Below, piece by piece: positions 1 through 8,846 of a stretch of DNA of 64,000 nt. This stretch comes from an uncultured Chloroflexia bacterium (lineage in GTDB: Bacteria > Chloroflexota > Limnocylindria > Limnocylindrales > CSP1-4): positions 256,001-320,000 of the forward strand of contig CAWHDR010000001.1 in assembly GCA_963828165.1 (NCBI GenBank), written 5' to 3'. The position numbers and the translations under genes are program-made. Position 1 is the first letter of the stretch. Every line of letters begins with the position of its first letter. The notes under the pieces are model-generated. The model saw nothing but the letters and a program-made list of their open reading frames with translations, did no database searches and was not told the origin of the DNA.

Positions 1-1
1 C

Positions 2-793
2 ACCAGCAAGATCGTGGCGTGGTCCGAGGAGCGCGGGCTCCACGACTACGCCGACTGCGGCGGCGGGCCCAACGCCTGCATGCTCGGCAGCGACGGGGCG
101 GTCTACATCACCCAGAACGGCGGGACCGTCGGCGCATGGCGGGCCGAGGTGATGGGTCGCCCCTCGATCCAGAAGGCCTGGCCGGACGGCCGGGTCGAGG
201 AGGTCGTCGCCGAGATCGACGGCGTGCCGCTCACGGCGCCGAACGACCTGACCTTCGGACCGGACGGGCGTCTCTATTTCACGGACCCCGCGGACTATCT
301 GCCCGACGACCGCAAGCCGGGCCGCATCTGGGCCCTGGAGCCGGACGGGACGGGCGAGCTCCTCGAGGAGATCCCGAGCGCCTACACGAACGGGATCGCG
401 GCCGAGCCGGACGGGGCGCTCGTCTGGGTGGATTCATATGAGCGGGGGATCTATCGCAAGCGCCCGGGCCAGGCGTCCGAACAGATCGCCCGCCTGCCCG
501 TGGGCCACGTGCCCGACGGCCTCAAGGTCGCGGCGAACGGCGACCTGTGGGTCACCGCGTTCATGGGCGGCGGGGTCGACATCCTCAAGCCCGACGGCAC
601 GATCGTCGATTTCCTCGAGACGGGCGGCGTCCCATTGAACTGCGTCTTCCACGAGGGCTCGTTGATCATCACCGACTTCGGCGACATCACCGCCGTCACG
701 GACCAGGCGCCGATGGACGGTCGGCTGTGGCGCGTCGACGTGGGTGTCGAGGGGATGCCGCTCTTCCGGGGGTCGATCGCCGCGCGATCGTGA
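2..793 (+). CDS. SMP-30/gluconolactonase/LRE family protein (5'-truncated by window edge)
   Basis: Frame open from position 2; motifs GGGPNA, APNDLTFGPDG, YTNGIA, PDGLKV and GGVPLNCVF typical of beta-propeller lactonases. Confidence 0.85.
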   Translation, partial: TSKIVAWSEERGLHDYADCGGGPNACMLGSDGAVYITQNGGTVGAWRAEVMGRPSIQKAWPDGRVEEVVAEIDGVPLTAPNDLTFGPDGRLYFTDPADYLPDDRKPGRIWALEPDGTGELLEEIPSAYTNGIAAEPDGALVWVDSYERGIYRKRPGQASEQIARLPVGHVPDGLKVAANGDLWVTAFMGGGVDILKPDGTIVDFLETGGVPLNCVFHEGSLIITDFGDITAVTDQAPMDGRLWRVDVGVEGMPLFRGSIAARS

Positions 794-844
794 CGGGGGC
801 TGGTGCCCGGCGAATGCCGGCGCGACGTGGCCGGACGGCGACCG

Positions 845-1639
845 TCAGGTCACCCCGCGACCGCCGTCATGTGGCGCGTTCTGCAGCCAATCAGGCCGAT
901 CGTGCATGCCCAGGATCGACCACCCGCCGTCGACGACCAGCGTCTGGCCGGTGATGTAGGCCGCGTCCGATGACGCGAGGAACAGCACGGCCGCCGCGAT
1001 GTCCGCCGTCGTCGCGAGCCGACCCATCGGGATCTCCGGGAGCATCGCATCCAGCCGGATCGAGCCGTTCGCGATGCCCTCTTCCACGATGGCGGTGCGG
1101 GCCATCCCAGGCGCGACGGCGTTGACGCGGATCCCGAGATCCGCCACCTCGACCGCCATGACTCGCGACAGGCTCATCATCGCCGCCTTCGCGGCCGAAT
1201 ACGGCCCGCGACCGGGAAGCGCGATGAGCCCCGCCACGGACGCGACCTGGACGATCGCCCCGCCGCCGTGCTCGCGCATGGATCGGATCGCCATGGCGCT
1301 GCAGTGGAAGGTTCCCATCAGGTGGGTCTGGACGATCAGCTCCCAGGTCGCCGGGTCGAACGTCTCGGTCAGCCCGACTCGCTGGATCCCTGCGTTGTTG
1401 ACGAGGATGTCGACGCTTCCCTCGGTCGCCTCGATGTCTGCGAATGCCGTCTCCACTGCCGTCCGGTCGGTCACGTCCACCGTGAGGTAGCGGACGCCGG
1501 GCAACGGTCGCGCCGGTGCGTCCAGGTCGGTCACGACCCCGCGAGCACCTTCCGCGACGGCGCGCGCCACGATCTCCGCGCCGATCCCGCGCGCGCCGCC
1601 TGTCACGACGATCACCTGGCCATCGAAGCGTCCGACCAT
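845..1639 (-). CDS. SDR family oxidoreductase
   Basis: TGGARGIG, NNAG, YSAAK, NAVAPG, ITGQTLVVDGG; ATG at 1639 preceded by GGAGGG. Confidence 0.92.
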   Translation of the reverse strand: MVGRFDGQVIVVTGGARGIGAEIVARAVAEGARGVVTDLDAPARPLPGVRYLTVDVTDRTAVETAFADIEATEGSVDILVNNAGIQRVGLTETFDPATWELIVQTHLMGTFHCSAMAIRSMREHGGGAIVQVASVAGLIALPGRGPYSAAKAAMMSLSRVMAVEVADLGIRVNAVAPGMARTAIVEEGIANGSIRLDAMLPEIPMGRLATTADIAAAVLFLASSDAAYITGQTLVVDGGWSILGMHDRPDWLQNAPHDGGRGVT

Positions 1640-1682
1640 CGTGGCCCTCCGGTCGCGCTGCAAAGACTCGGTCCCGTATCAT

Positions 1683-1696
1683 CGGAACCGTTTCCG
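1683..1696. promoter_or_regulatory. LacI-type operator between divergent SDR genes
   Basis: Near-palindrome CGGAACCGTTTCCG with central CG; related boxes at 2543, 2567 and 8784. Confidence 0.6.
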
Positions 1697-1753
1697 GTGA
1701 GGATACCGAGCCGGCGTGCGGCGTGGAAGCCGGGTCCACGAGGGAGGTCCGAG

Positions 1754-2497
1754 ATGGGCGCAACGGGCAAGTCAGCCGTCGTCACCGGGGCGGCCAGCGG
1801 CATCGGCCAAGCGGTGGCCCGGCGTCTGCTGCGCGAAGGGGCCGCGGTCATCGCGGTCGATCGGGATGCGGCCGGTCTCGAGGCGGTGGTCGCGGACGGG
1901 GCGACCTCGTTCGTGGCAGACCTGACGGACCCGGCGGACCGCGATCGCCTCGTCGCAGCGGGCGACGGGGCGACCTACCTGGTCAATGCGGCGGGCATCA
2001 TCCTGCTGAAGCCCATCCTCGAGTTCACCGTCGATGACATCCGACGGATCTACGCCATCAACGTCGAGGCGACGTGGGACCTCGTGTCGCGGATCGGTCG
2101 CACGATGCCGGGCGGGGGGGCGATCGTGAATCTTTCGTCGTCGTCGGCCAAGCTCGCGACGACCACGGAGGCGGCCGTGTACGCCTCGTCGAAGGCCGCC
2201 GTGTTGTCGATCACGCGCTCCTTCGCGTACGCCTTCGCGCCGAACGGCGTCCGGGTCAATGCCATCTGCCCGGGCATCATCGACACGCCGATGCAGGAGC
2301 GCGTGCTTGCCGACGTCGCGGCCAAGCGCGGGATCACCGCCGAGGAGCTCTCGACGGCGCGGAACAAGACGGTGCCGCTTGGCCGGGCGGCCTCCGCGGA
2401 CGAGTGCGCCGGGGCCATCTGGTTCCTCCTCAGCGATGAGGCTGGGTACATGACGGGCCAGGCCATCAACTACACCGGCGGCCTGGTCATGTGGTGA
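1754..2497 (+). CDS. SDR family oxidoreductase
   Basis: TGAASGIG, NAAG, YASSK, NAICPG; ATG at 1754 after GGGAGG. Confidence 0.92.
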   Translation: MGATGKSAVVTGAASGIGQAVARRLLREGAAVIAVDRDAAGLEAVVADGATSFVADLTDPADRDRLVAAGDGATYLVNAAGIILLKPILEFTVDDIRRIYAINVEATWDLVSRIGRTMPGGGAIVNLSSSSAKLATTTEAAVYASSKAAVLSITRSFAYAFAPNGVRVNAICPGIIDTPMQERVLADVAAKRGITAEELSTARNKTVPLGRAASADECAGAIWFLLSDEAGYMTGQAINYTGGLVMW

Positions 2498-2542
2498 GCG
2501 CTTGCCGCGCAACCGCACCCGGGGCTAGCGACAATCCTTTCC

Positions 2543-2580
2543 AGAAACGTTGACATGGCTCGGGACTGGAAACGATACTG
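2543..2580 (+). promoter_or_regulatory. sigma70-like promoter overlapped by two LacI-type boxes
   Basis: TTGACA 2550-2555, N18, GATACT 2574-2579; boxes AGAAACGTTGAC and TGGAAACGATACTG. Confidence 0.6.
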
Positions 2581-2641
2581 ACGTCGACCCTGGGAGGGAA
2601 CGGGCGTGCCATCCGACCGCCCGAACGAGGAGGAGATTCGC

Positions 2642-3793
2642 ATGCTGATCCGATCACGACGGGCGTTTGCGGTGCTGACCGCGGCGTCCCTGCTCGTCGC
2701 GGCCTGTAGTACCGGAGCGCCCTCTGCCTCGGCTCCTGCAGCGACCGCGGCCCCGCCCGCGTCGAATGCCGCGTCGGTGGCACCGTCTGCCGCGGCCGGC
2801 CTGCCGTTCCAGGGCACCCTGAAGGACGGGTCGACCTTCACGCTCAACCCGCGAGTCGCGGACAAGCTGAAGAACGGCGAGCCGATCAACTACGTGTTCT
2901 CGTACGGATCCACCGCGATCCCGTTGTTCTCGCCGCAGTACAAGGCCGGCTACGAGCGGACCCTGCCCGAGGCGCAGAAGATCCTGCCGATGAACGGCCA
3001 GGCCATCGCCCCGTCTTCGGCCGTCCAGGACCCCAATGAGCAGATCGCCCAGTTCGATGCGCTGTTCAAGGCGGACCAGATCGACTGCCTGTCCATCCAG
3101 TCGACCGGCACGGATGCGTTCACGAAGATCGTGAACGACTACATGGCTGCGGGGATCCCCGTCTTCACCGTCGGCGTCGAGTCGAACGGCAACGAGTTCT
3201 CGAACTTCACCCAGATCTCCGACAAGGAAGGGCGCCAGGCTGCCGGGATCGTCGTCGACTACATGAAGGCCAAGGGCCTCGACTTCAAGAGCTTCGCGGT
3301 ATCCGGCGGCGATCCGACCCAGAACTGGGCCCAGGGCCGCATGCAGGGCTTCATCGACGGGATCACCGAAGCCATCCCGGACGCCAAGTTCATCAACACC
3401 GCCGCGACGGCGCTGGTGACGACGTACGACCCGGCCGGCACCTATGACGCCTACAAGGCGTTCATCCAGGGCAACCCCGAGGTCCAGGTCATCGAGAACG
3501 TGGACATCGGCGGCGAGCACGCAGCTCGGGCCATCGCCGACTCCGGGAACACCGGCAAGATCTTCTCCCTCGGCTGGAACGTGAGCATCGGCCAGCTGGA
3601 TGCCATCGAAGCCGGCACGCAGATCGTCGCGCTCGACCAGCAGTGGGGCGATCAGGCCGGATTCGGAGCGCTCGCCTGCGCCGAGCTCCTCAAGAACGGC
3701 AAGGTGCTGCCGAACACGAACACCCTGAAGCCGATCACGACGGAGAACGTCGAGCAGGCTCGCAAGGACTTCATGGCCATCGCCGGCGGTTGA
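2642..3793 (+). CDS. Sugar ABC transporter substrate-binding lipoprotein (RbsB-like)
   Basis: RBS GAGGAGG, lipobox LVAAC, Ala/Pro/Ser linker, first gene of ABC operon. Confidence 0.85.
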   Translation: MLIRSRRAFAVLTAASLLVAACSTGAPSASAPAATAAPPASNAASVAPSAAAGLPFQGTLKDGSTFTLNPRVADKLKNGEPINYVFSYGSTAIPLFSPQYKAGYERTLPEAQKILPMNGQAIAPSSAVQDPNEQIAQFDALFKADQIDCLSIQSTGTDAFTKIVNDYMAAGIPVFTVGVESNGNEFSNFTQISDKEGRQAAGIVVDYMKAKGLDFKSFAVSGGDPTQNWAQGRMQGFIDGITEAIPDAKFINTAATALVTTYDPAGTYDAYKAFIQGNPEVQVIENVDIGGEHAARAIADSGNTGKIFSLGWNVSIGQLDAIEAGTQIVALDQQWGDQAGFGALACAELLKNGKVLPNTNTLKPITTENVEQARKDFMAIAGG

Positions 3794-3812
3794 TCCCGAC
3801 GACGTTGACTCT

Positions 3813-3844
3813 CCGGACCGGTCGGCATTCGTCGACCGGTCCGG
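3813..3844 (+). terminator. Stem-loop after the SBP gene (mRNA stabiliser or attenuator)
   Basis: 12-bp perfect inverted repeat CCGGACCGGTCG/CGACCGGTCCGG, no U-tract. Confidence 0.5.
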
Positions 3845-3881
3845 CTGTATCCGAGGCTGACCAGCGAGGAGCGGTCCACGG

Positions 3882-4940
3882 ATGACCCAGAACAGTGCGC
3901 CCATGCAACCGGTGAAACCGCCCGGCGCGGTGTCGGCCGGCGATCGCTGGTCGGGACGGGCCCTGGCGGCCGGGATCCGCATCGGCGGGCTGGTCATCGC
4001 GATCTTGATCGTGATCGTCGTCTTCACCGCGCTCAGCAAGCCGAACACGTTCCTGACCGTCACGAACGCGGTCGGCATCCTGCGGTCGATGAGCACCATC
4101 GCCATGGTGGCGCTCGGGCTCACGCTCGTGATCGTCGTGGGCGAGATCGACCTGTCGTTCGGCTACGTGTACGGGCTGGCGTCGATCCTCATCGGCGTGG
4201 CCTGGATCATCTGGGGCTGGCCCATCTACGCTGCGATCCTGCTGGCCTTCGGGGCGGCCGTCGTCGTTGGCTCGGTCAACGCGTTCCTGGTGACGGTGCT
4301 CAAGATCCCCTCCTTCATCGTCACGCTCGGCACGGGGCAACTCGTGTTCGGCACCACCCTGCTCGTCTCCAACACGGCGACCCTCAACCCCGCGTATCCG
4401 CCGCCCGGCAAGGTCGTGCCCACGGAGCAGGTCGACTGGTTCTTCGGCCTGTCGAACCAGGACCTGCCGTTCGACATCCCGATGCAGGCGATCTGGATGA
4501 CCGGCGTCGCGATCATCATCGGCTTCATCCTCAGCCGCTCGCTGTTCGGTTTCCGGCTCAAGGCCATCGGCGGCAACCCCGCCGCCGCCGAGCTCGCGCG
4601 GCTACCGATCGTCAAGTACAAGTTCGCGGCGTTCATCATCTGCTCGCTCCTCGCGACGCTTGCGGCGATGCTCGACTTCGCGTTCATCGGCTCCGTCCAG
4701 CCGAACGCCGGGGTCGGGCTGACGTTCCCGATCTTCGCGGCCGTCATCATCGGCGGGGCGAGCCTGGCGGGCGGTCGCGGGACGGCCATCGGCACGCTGA
4801 GCGGCGCGCTCCTCCTCGCCATCATCGCCAACGGCCTGGCCCTGCTCTCGGCGGGCGCGTACCTGAGCAACTTCGTCTCTGGCGCCGTGACGATCGCCGC
4901 CGTCGTGCTGGACCGCTTCACGCAGAGCCTCCGCAAATGA
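3882..4940 (+). CDS. Sugar ABC transporter permease (RbsC-like)
   Basis: GEIDLSFG, IPSFIVTLG, IGGNP..A, AAVIIGGASLAGGRG; multiple hydrophobic helices. Confidence 0.92.
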   Translation: MTQNSAPMQPVKPPGAVSAGDRWSGRALAAGIRIGGLVIAILIVIVVFTALSKPNTFLTVTNAVGILRSMSTIAMVALGLTLVIVVGEIDLSFGYVYGLASILIGVAWIIWGWPIYAAILLAFGAAVVVGSVNAFLVTVLKIPSFIVTLGTGQLVFGTTLLVSNTATLNPAYPPPGKVVPTEQVDWFFGLSNQDLPFDIPMQAIWMTGVAIIIGFILSRSLFGFRLKAIGGNPAAAELARLPIVKYKFAAFIICSLLATLAAMLDFAFIGSVQPNAGVGLTFPIFAAVIIGGASLAGGRGTAIGTLSGALLLAIIANGLALLSAGAYLSNFVSGAVTIAAVVLDRFTQSLRK

Positions 4941-6496
4941 GCGAGGAGGCGGCGGCCGTGGGCGATGCGGCGACCGATGCGACGACCGATCAGGCGGCCG
5001 CCTCCGGCGTGCGCGGCCTCCGGATCCACGGGCTGGTCAAGTGGTACGGCGACACCCACGCCATCGATGGACTCGACCTCGATGCGAGGGCCGGCGAGAT
5101 CCTCGGCGTGGCCGGGCCGAATGGCGCCGGCAAGAGCACGCTCATCAAGGTCCTCGCCGGTGAGACGCTGGCGGATTCCGGCGACATCGAGCTCGACGGC
5201 CGTCCCTGGGATACGGCCTCGGATCGCGATCGGGTCGCCGTCGTCCACCAGGAGCCACAGCTCTTCCCGAACCTCACCGTCGCGGAGAACCTCATGGTGG
5301 GTCGCGAGGGGACCCGGGCGACCGTCCGGCGCCTGACCGCGCCGGAGCGCTCGCTGATGCGGGACCTCGCGATCCTGGAGGTCGCCGACCGCAAGCTCGC
5401 CGATGTCCCGCTGGCGATCCATCAGCGGGTCGAGATCGGTCGGGCGCTGGCGCGTGATGCGCGGGTGTTCCTCTTCGATGAGCCGAACTCCGCGCTGACC
5501 CAGGAGGAGTCCAAGGACCTGTTCCGCCGGATGCACCTGCTCGCCGATGCGGGCAACGTCGTGCTGCTGGTCTCGCACCGGATCGCCGAGCTGGCCGAGC
5601 ACACCGACCGCGTCGCCCTGATCCTCGACGGCGTCTGTACGGACCTGCTCGAGGGCGAGGCGCTGACCCCGGACGGCATCGCGGCCGGGCTCGTGAGCGG
5701 ACAGGCCGCGCGCGATACCAGTGAGCCGGTGGTCGCGCGCTCCGAGAGCGAGGTCACCGGTCTGCGGCTGACCGGGTGGACCCACGCTGGAGGCGAGTTC
5801 GAGGGGATCGATCTGCATGTGAAGGTCGGCCAGATCGTGTCGATCGTGGGGGTCGAGGGGTCGGGCGCGCGCGAGCTCGTGCGCTCGATCGCGGGGTTCG
5901 AGCGCACGACGGGCGAGATCGAGGTCGGTTCGCGCTCCGGGGCGTCCGCCGTGACGAAGGGCACGAGCCTCGTTTCGGCGGACCGCCACACGAGCCTCTT
6001 CGCCAACCTGACGATCGGTGACAACATGGTGTCCCGACTCGGCCGGGAGATCGCCCCTGGCGGCATCGCGCTGCGCCCGCGCCGGATGCACCGGATCGCG
6101 AACGAGCTACGTGACCAGTTCCAGGTGAAGGCCGCCTCGGTCCGGCTGCCGATCGGGTCGCTATCGGGCGGCAACCAGCAGAAGGTCGCCATCGCGGCGG
6201 CCATCGTGAAGCGCCCGAGCGTCCTCGTGCTCGAGGAACCAACCCGTGGTGTCGACGTCGGTTCGAAACGCGAGATCTACCGGCTCATGCGCGAGTACGC
6301 CGGGCGCGGCCACGCGGTGATCATCTACTGCACCGAGATCCCCGAGGTCTTCGAGACGGCAGACCTCGTCTACGTCGTGTCCGATGGGCGCCTGTCGGAT
6401 CCCCTTATGGTGACGACCTTCCCGGATGTCGAGGCGCTGGCGCGCGCGGTCACCCGCCTGGAACGGCATGGCGCGGTGCCAGCCCTGGCCTCGTGA
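4937..6496 (+). CDS. Sugar ABC transporter ATP-binding protein (RbsA-like, two NBDs)
   Basis: GPNGAGKST, FDEP, LSGGNQQKV, EEPTRGVDVG; ATGA overlap with permease. Confidence 0.93.
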   Translation: MSEEAAAVGDAATDATTDQAAASGVRGLRIHGLVKWYGDTHAIDGLDLDARAGEILGVAGPNGAGKSTLIKVLAGETLADSGDIELDGRPWDTASDRDRVAVVHQEPQLFPNLTVAENLMVGREGTRATVRRLTAPERSLMRDLAILEVADRKLADVPLAIHQRVEIGRALARDARVFLFDEPNSALTQEESKDLFRRMHLLADAGNVVLLVSHRIAELAEHTDRVALILDGVCTDLLEGEALTPDGIAAGLVSGQAARDTSEPVVARSESEVTGLRLTGWTHAGGEFEGIDLHVKVGQIVSIVGVEGSGARELVRSIAGFERTTGEIEVGSRSGASAVTKGTSLVSADRHTSLFANLTIGDNMVSRLGREIAPGGIALRPRRMHRIANELRDQFQVKAASVRLPIGSLSGGNQQKVAIAAAIVKRPSVLVLEEPTRGVDVGSKREIYRLMREYAGRGHAVIIYCTEIPEVFETADLVYVVSDGRLSDPLMVTTFPDVEALARAVTRLERHGAVPALAS

Positions 6497-7548
6497 CGGA
6501 TCGACCCGTTCGCGTCCTCCTCGTCGGCTTCGGCAAGACCAATCAGGCGGTCCTCGAGCTGGCGCTGACGCGCCCGTGGCTGGACGTCTGCGGCATCGTC
6601 GTTCGCTCGGCGGAACGCGACGGGGAGGCAGCAGCGAGCCGTGTCGAGGGTGCCCCCGAGGACCTCCGCTGCTCCACCGATCTGGCCGAGACCCTGCGCA
6701 CGACCCGCCCCGACGTCGTCGTGGTCGCGACGGCGACCCGGCTCGTGGACGTCCTGCCGGTCCTCGCCGCGATCGCCCCCAGTGGCGTGCCGATCGTCTG
6801 CACCGCCGAGGACCTCGCGTTCATCCGGGCGGGCGATTCCGACGACGCGTCACGGATCATCGGGCTGGCCGAAACGCATCAGATCCCGATCGTCGCGACG
6901 GGAGCGAACCCAGGTTTCGTCCTGGACCTCTGGCCGCTCACGCTGTCGGGTCTGGCCTGGGACGTCGAGCAGCTGCGCGCGCGTCGCATCGTCGACGTGA
7001 GCGTGTTCGGACCGCGCGTCCGGGCATCGCTCGGGATCGACCTGACGCCGGCGGCATTCCGGGCCGGGATCGCCGACGGAACGGTCGTCGGCCATGCGGG
7101 CTTCCCGGAGAGCCTGCGCATCCTGGCTGCGGCCATGGGCCGGGACCTCGAACGGATCGAGATCGTGTCGGATCCGATCGTGGCCACCGAAACCCTCACG
7201 ATCGCCGATGGGACGGTCATCGCCACGGGCCGGACGGTCGGTGCGGACCAGCGCGCGATCGGCTGGTTCGATGGTCGGCCGTGGCTGGACATCTCGATGA
7301 CCCTGCATGTGCAACCGGCATCGGCCGGCCTGCAACCCACGGACGAGATCGCGCTTGATGGTCGTCACGGCCTGCACGTCCGTGTCGAACCCGGTTGCCG
7401 GGCGCTCCTCTCGACGGCGGCCATGATCGTCAACGGCCTCCCCCAGGCGATGGCCGCATCGCCCGGTGTGCATGGTCCCGGTGACCTGCCGCCGGTTGCC
7501 CCGTGGCTCGGCGAGCGCCCGCCCGCGTGGGTGCCGCTACGCGACTGA
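6493..7548 (+). CDS. NAD(P)H-dependent amine dehydrogenase / 2,4-diaminopentanoate dehydrogenase-like protein
   Basis: VGFGKTN, CTAED, TGANPGFVLD, GHAGFPES, STAAMIVN..P..PG. Confidence 0.75.
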   Translation: MTDRPVRVLLVGFGKTNQAVLELALTRPWLDVCGIVVRSAERDGEAAASRVEGAPEDLRCSTDLAETLRTTRPDVVVVATATRLVDVLPVLAAIAPSGVPIVCTAEDLAFIRAGDSDDASRIIGLAETHQIPIVATGANPGFVLDLWPLTLSGLAWDVEQLRARRIVDVSVFGPRVRASLGIDLTPAAFRAGIADGTVVGHAGFPESLRILAAAMGRDLERIEIVSDPIVATETLTIADGTVIATGRTVGADQRAIGWFDGRPWLDISMTLHVQPASAGLQPTDEIALDGRHGLHVRVEPGCRALLSTAAMIVNGLPQAMAASPGVHGPGDLPPVAPWLGERPPAWVPLRD

Positions 7549-7573
7549 GCGTCGACTGACGCCGGCCCGTCCC

Positions 7574-8713
7574 TCAGCGATCGACGCGGTACTTCTCGAT
7601 GAAGGCCTCGTCGAGCACCCAGCCCAGGCCCGGCCGCTCGGGCAGCGGGAAGTGCCCGTCCACGAGCGCCGGCCGGTTCTCGATCATCTGCCAGAAGATC
7701 GGATCCCGTGCGGGAGAGAACGTCTCGACGTAGGTGCCGTGCGGTTGCGAGGCCAGGAGGTGGGAGGCGACCTGCGCCTCCTCGTGATGCCCCAGCTGGA
7801 CGTCGAAGGCCGACGCCAGCGCAGCGATCCGTCGCCACTCGGTCGGTCCCCCGCCCCACGACGCGTCGTAGTTGCAGACGTCGATGGCGCCGGCGGCCAT
7901 CATCTCGCGCATCCCCACCCGGCTGATCTCACTCTGCCCGGCGGCCACGTTGACGTTGCCACGCATCCGGACGTCCCGGAGGCCACGGAAGTCGGCGTGC
8001 CAGCGGGTCGGCTCCTCGAACCAGCGGATCGCGATCCCCTCGGCACGGATCACCTCGAGGAACTCCAGGGCCTCGGCGACGGTATAGCCCTGGTTGGCGT
8101 CCACCACGAACAGGAAGTCGTCCCCGGCATGCCGCCGCGCTCGCACGAGGCGGGCGGCATCCACCGGCGGCGGCTCCGCGCCGATCTTGAACTTCATCCC
8201 GACCATGCCATGCTCGGACTGGAAGAAGTCGATCTCGCGTTCGATCTCCTGGCCCTTCGCGCTCTCGTCGTCGGGGATGTAGTAGCCGCCGATGCCGATC
8301 ATCGGGATCCGGTCGCGATAGCCGCCCCAGATCCGCCACAACGGTTGACCCATGGCCTGCCCGACGGCATCCCAGACCGCGGTGTCGATGCAGGCCATGG
8401 CCTGCATCGCGTACCAGCGCGGGCGGAGCTGGTCGAAGGTGGCCGGGAGCATCGCCTCCCAAACCCGTTCGGTCCCGAAGGCGTCGAGGCCGATGACCTG
8501 GGGCACCAGCTCGTCGTGCAGGATGCTCAGGATCTCGGACTGGAGCGGCTCGTCCTCATCGGCGTTGTACGCCTGACCGACGATCCCTTCTGACGTCTTG
8601 ATCCGCGTGATGATCGTGCAGCGGTTGCGCATCTTGTAATAGCTGCCCTTGTAGGTGAAGGGCAGCGGGACGCGGATCGGGATCGTCTCGACGGATTCGA
8701 TCTTCAACTGCAT
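7574..8713 (-). CDS. Mandelate racemase/muconate lactonizing enzyme family protein
   Basis: DTAVWD, KFKIG, VDANQ, WFEEP, AGQSE, GHHE, PGLG; ATG at 8713. Confidence 0.9.
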   Translation of the reverse strand: MQLKIESVETIPIRVPLPFTYKGSYYKMRNRCTIITRIKTSEGIVGQAYNADEDEPLQSEILSILHDELVPQVIGLDAFGTERVWEAMLPATFDQLRPRWYAMQAMACIDTAVWDAVGQAMGQPLWRIWGGYRDRIPMIGIGGYYIPDDESAKGQEIEREIDFFQSEHGMVGMKFKIGAEPPPVDAARLVRARRHAGDDFLFVVDANQGYTVAEALEFLEVIRAEGIAIRWFEEPTRWHADFRGLRDVRMRGNVNVAAGQSEISRVGMREMMAAGAIDVCNYDASWGGGPTEWRRIAALASAFDVQLGHHEEAQVASHLLASQPHGTYVETFSPARDPIFWQMIENRPALVDGHFPLPERPGLGWVLDEAFIEKYRVDR

Positions 8714-8783
8714 GCGAGGACCTCTGCGGACAGGACGAGTTGACGCACGATGCCACAGGATGCGACCATCTCGCAATCGTAAC

Positions 8784-8797
8784 TGGAAACGGTACCG
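8784..8797. promoter_or_regulatory. LacI-type operator between divergent MR/MLE and CoA-transferase genes
   Basis: TGGAAACGGTACCG matches the reverse complement of the 1683 box at 12 of 14 positions. Confidence 0.55.
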
Positions 8798-8846
8798 CCG
8801 GTCCCTCGATCCGCGTACCGACCCCGGTCTTCACCGGAAGGAGCCC

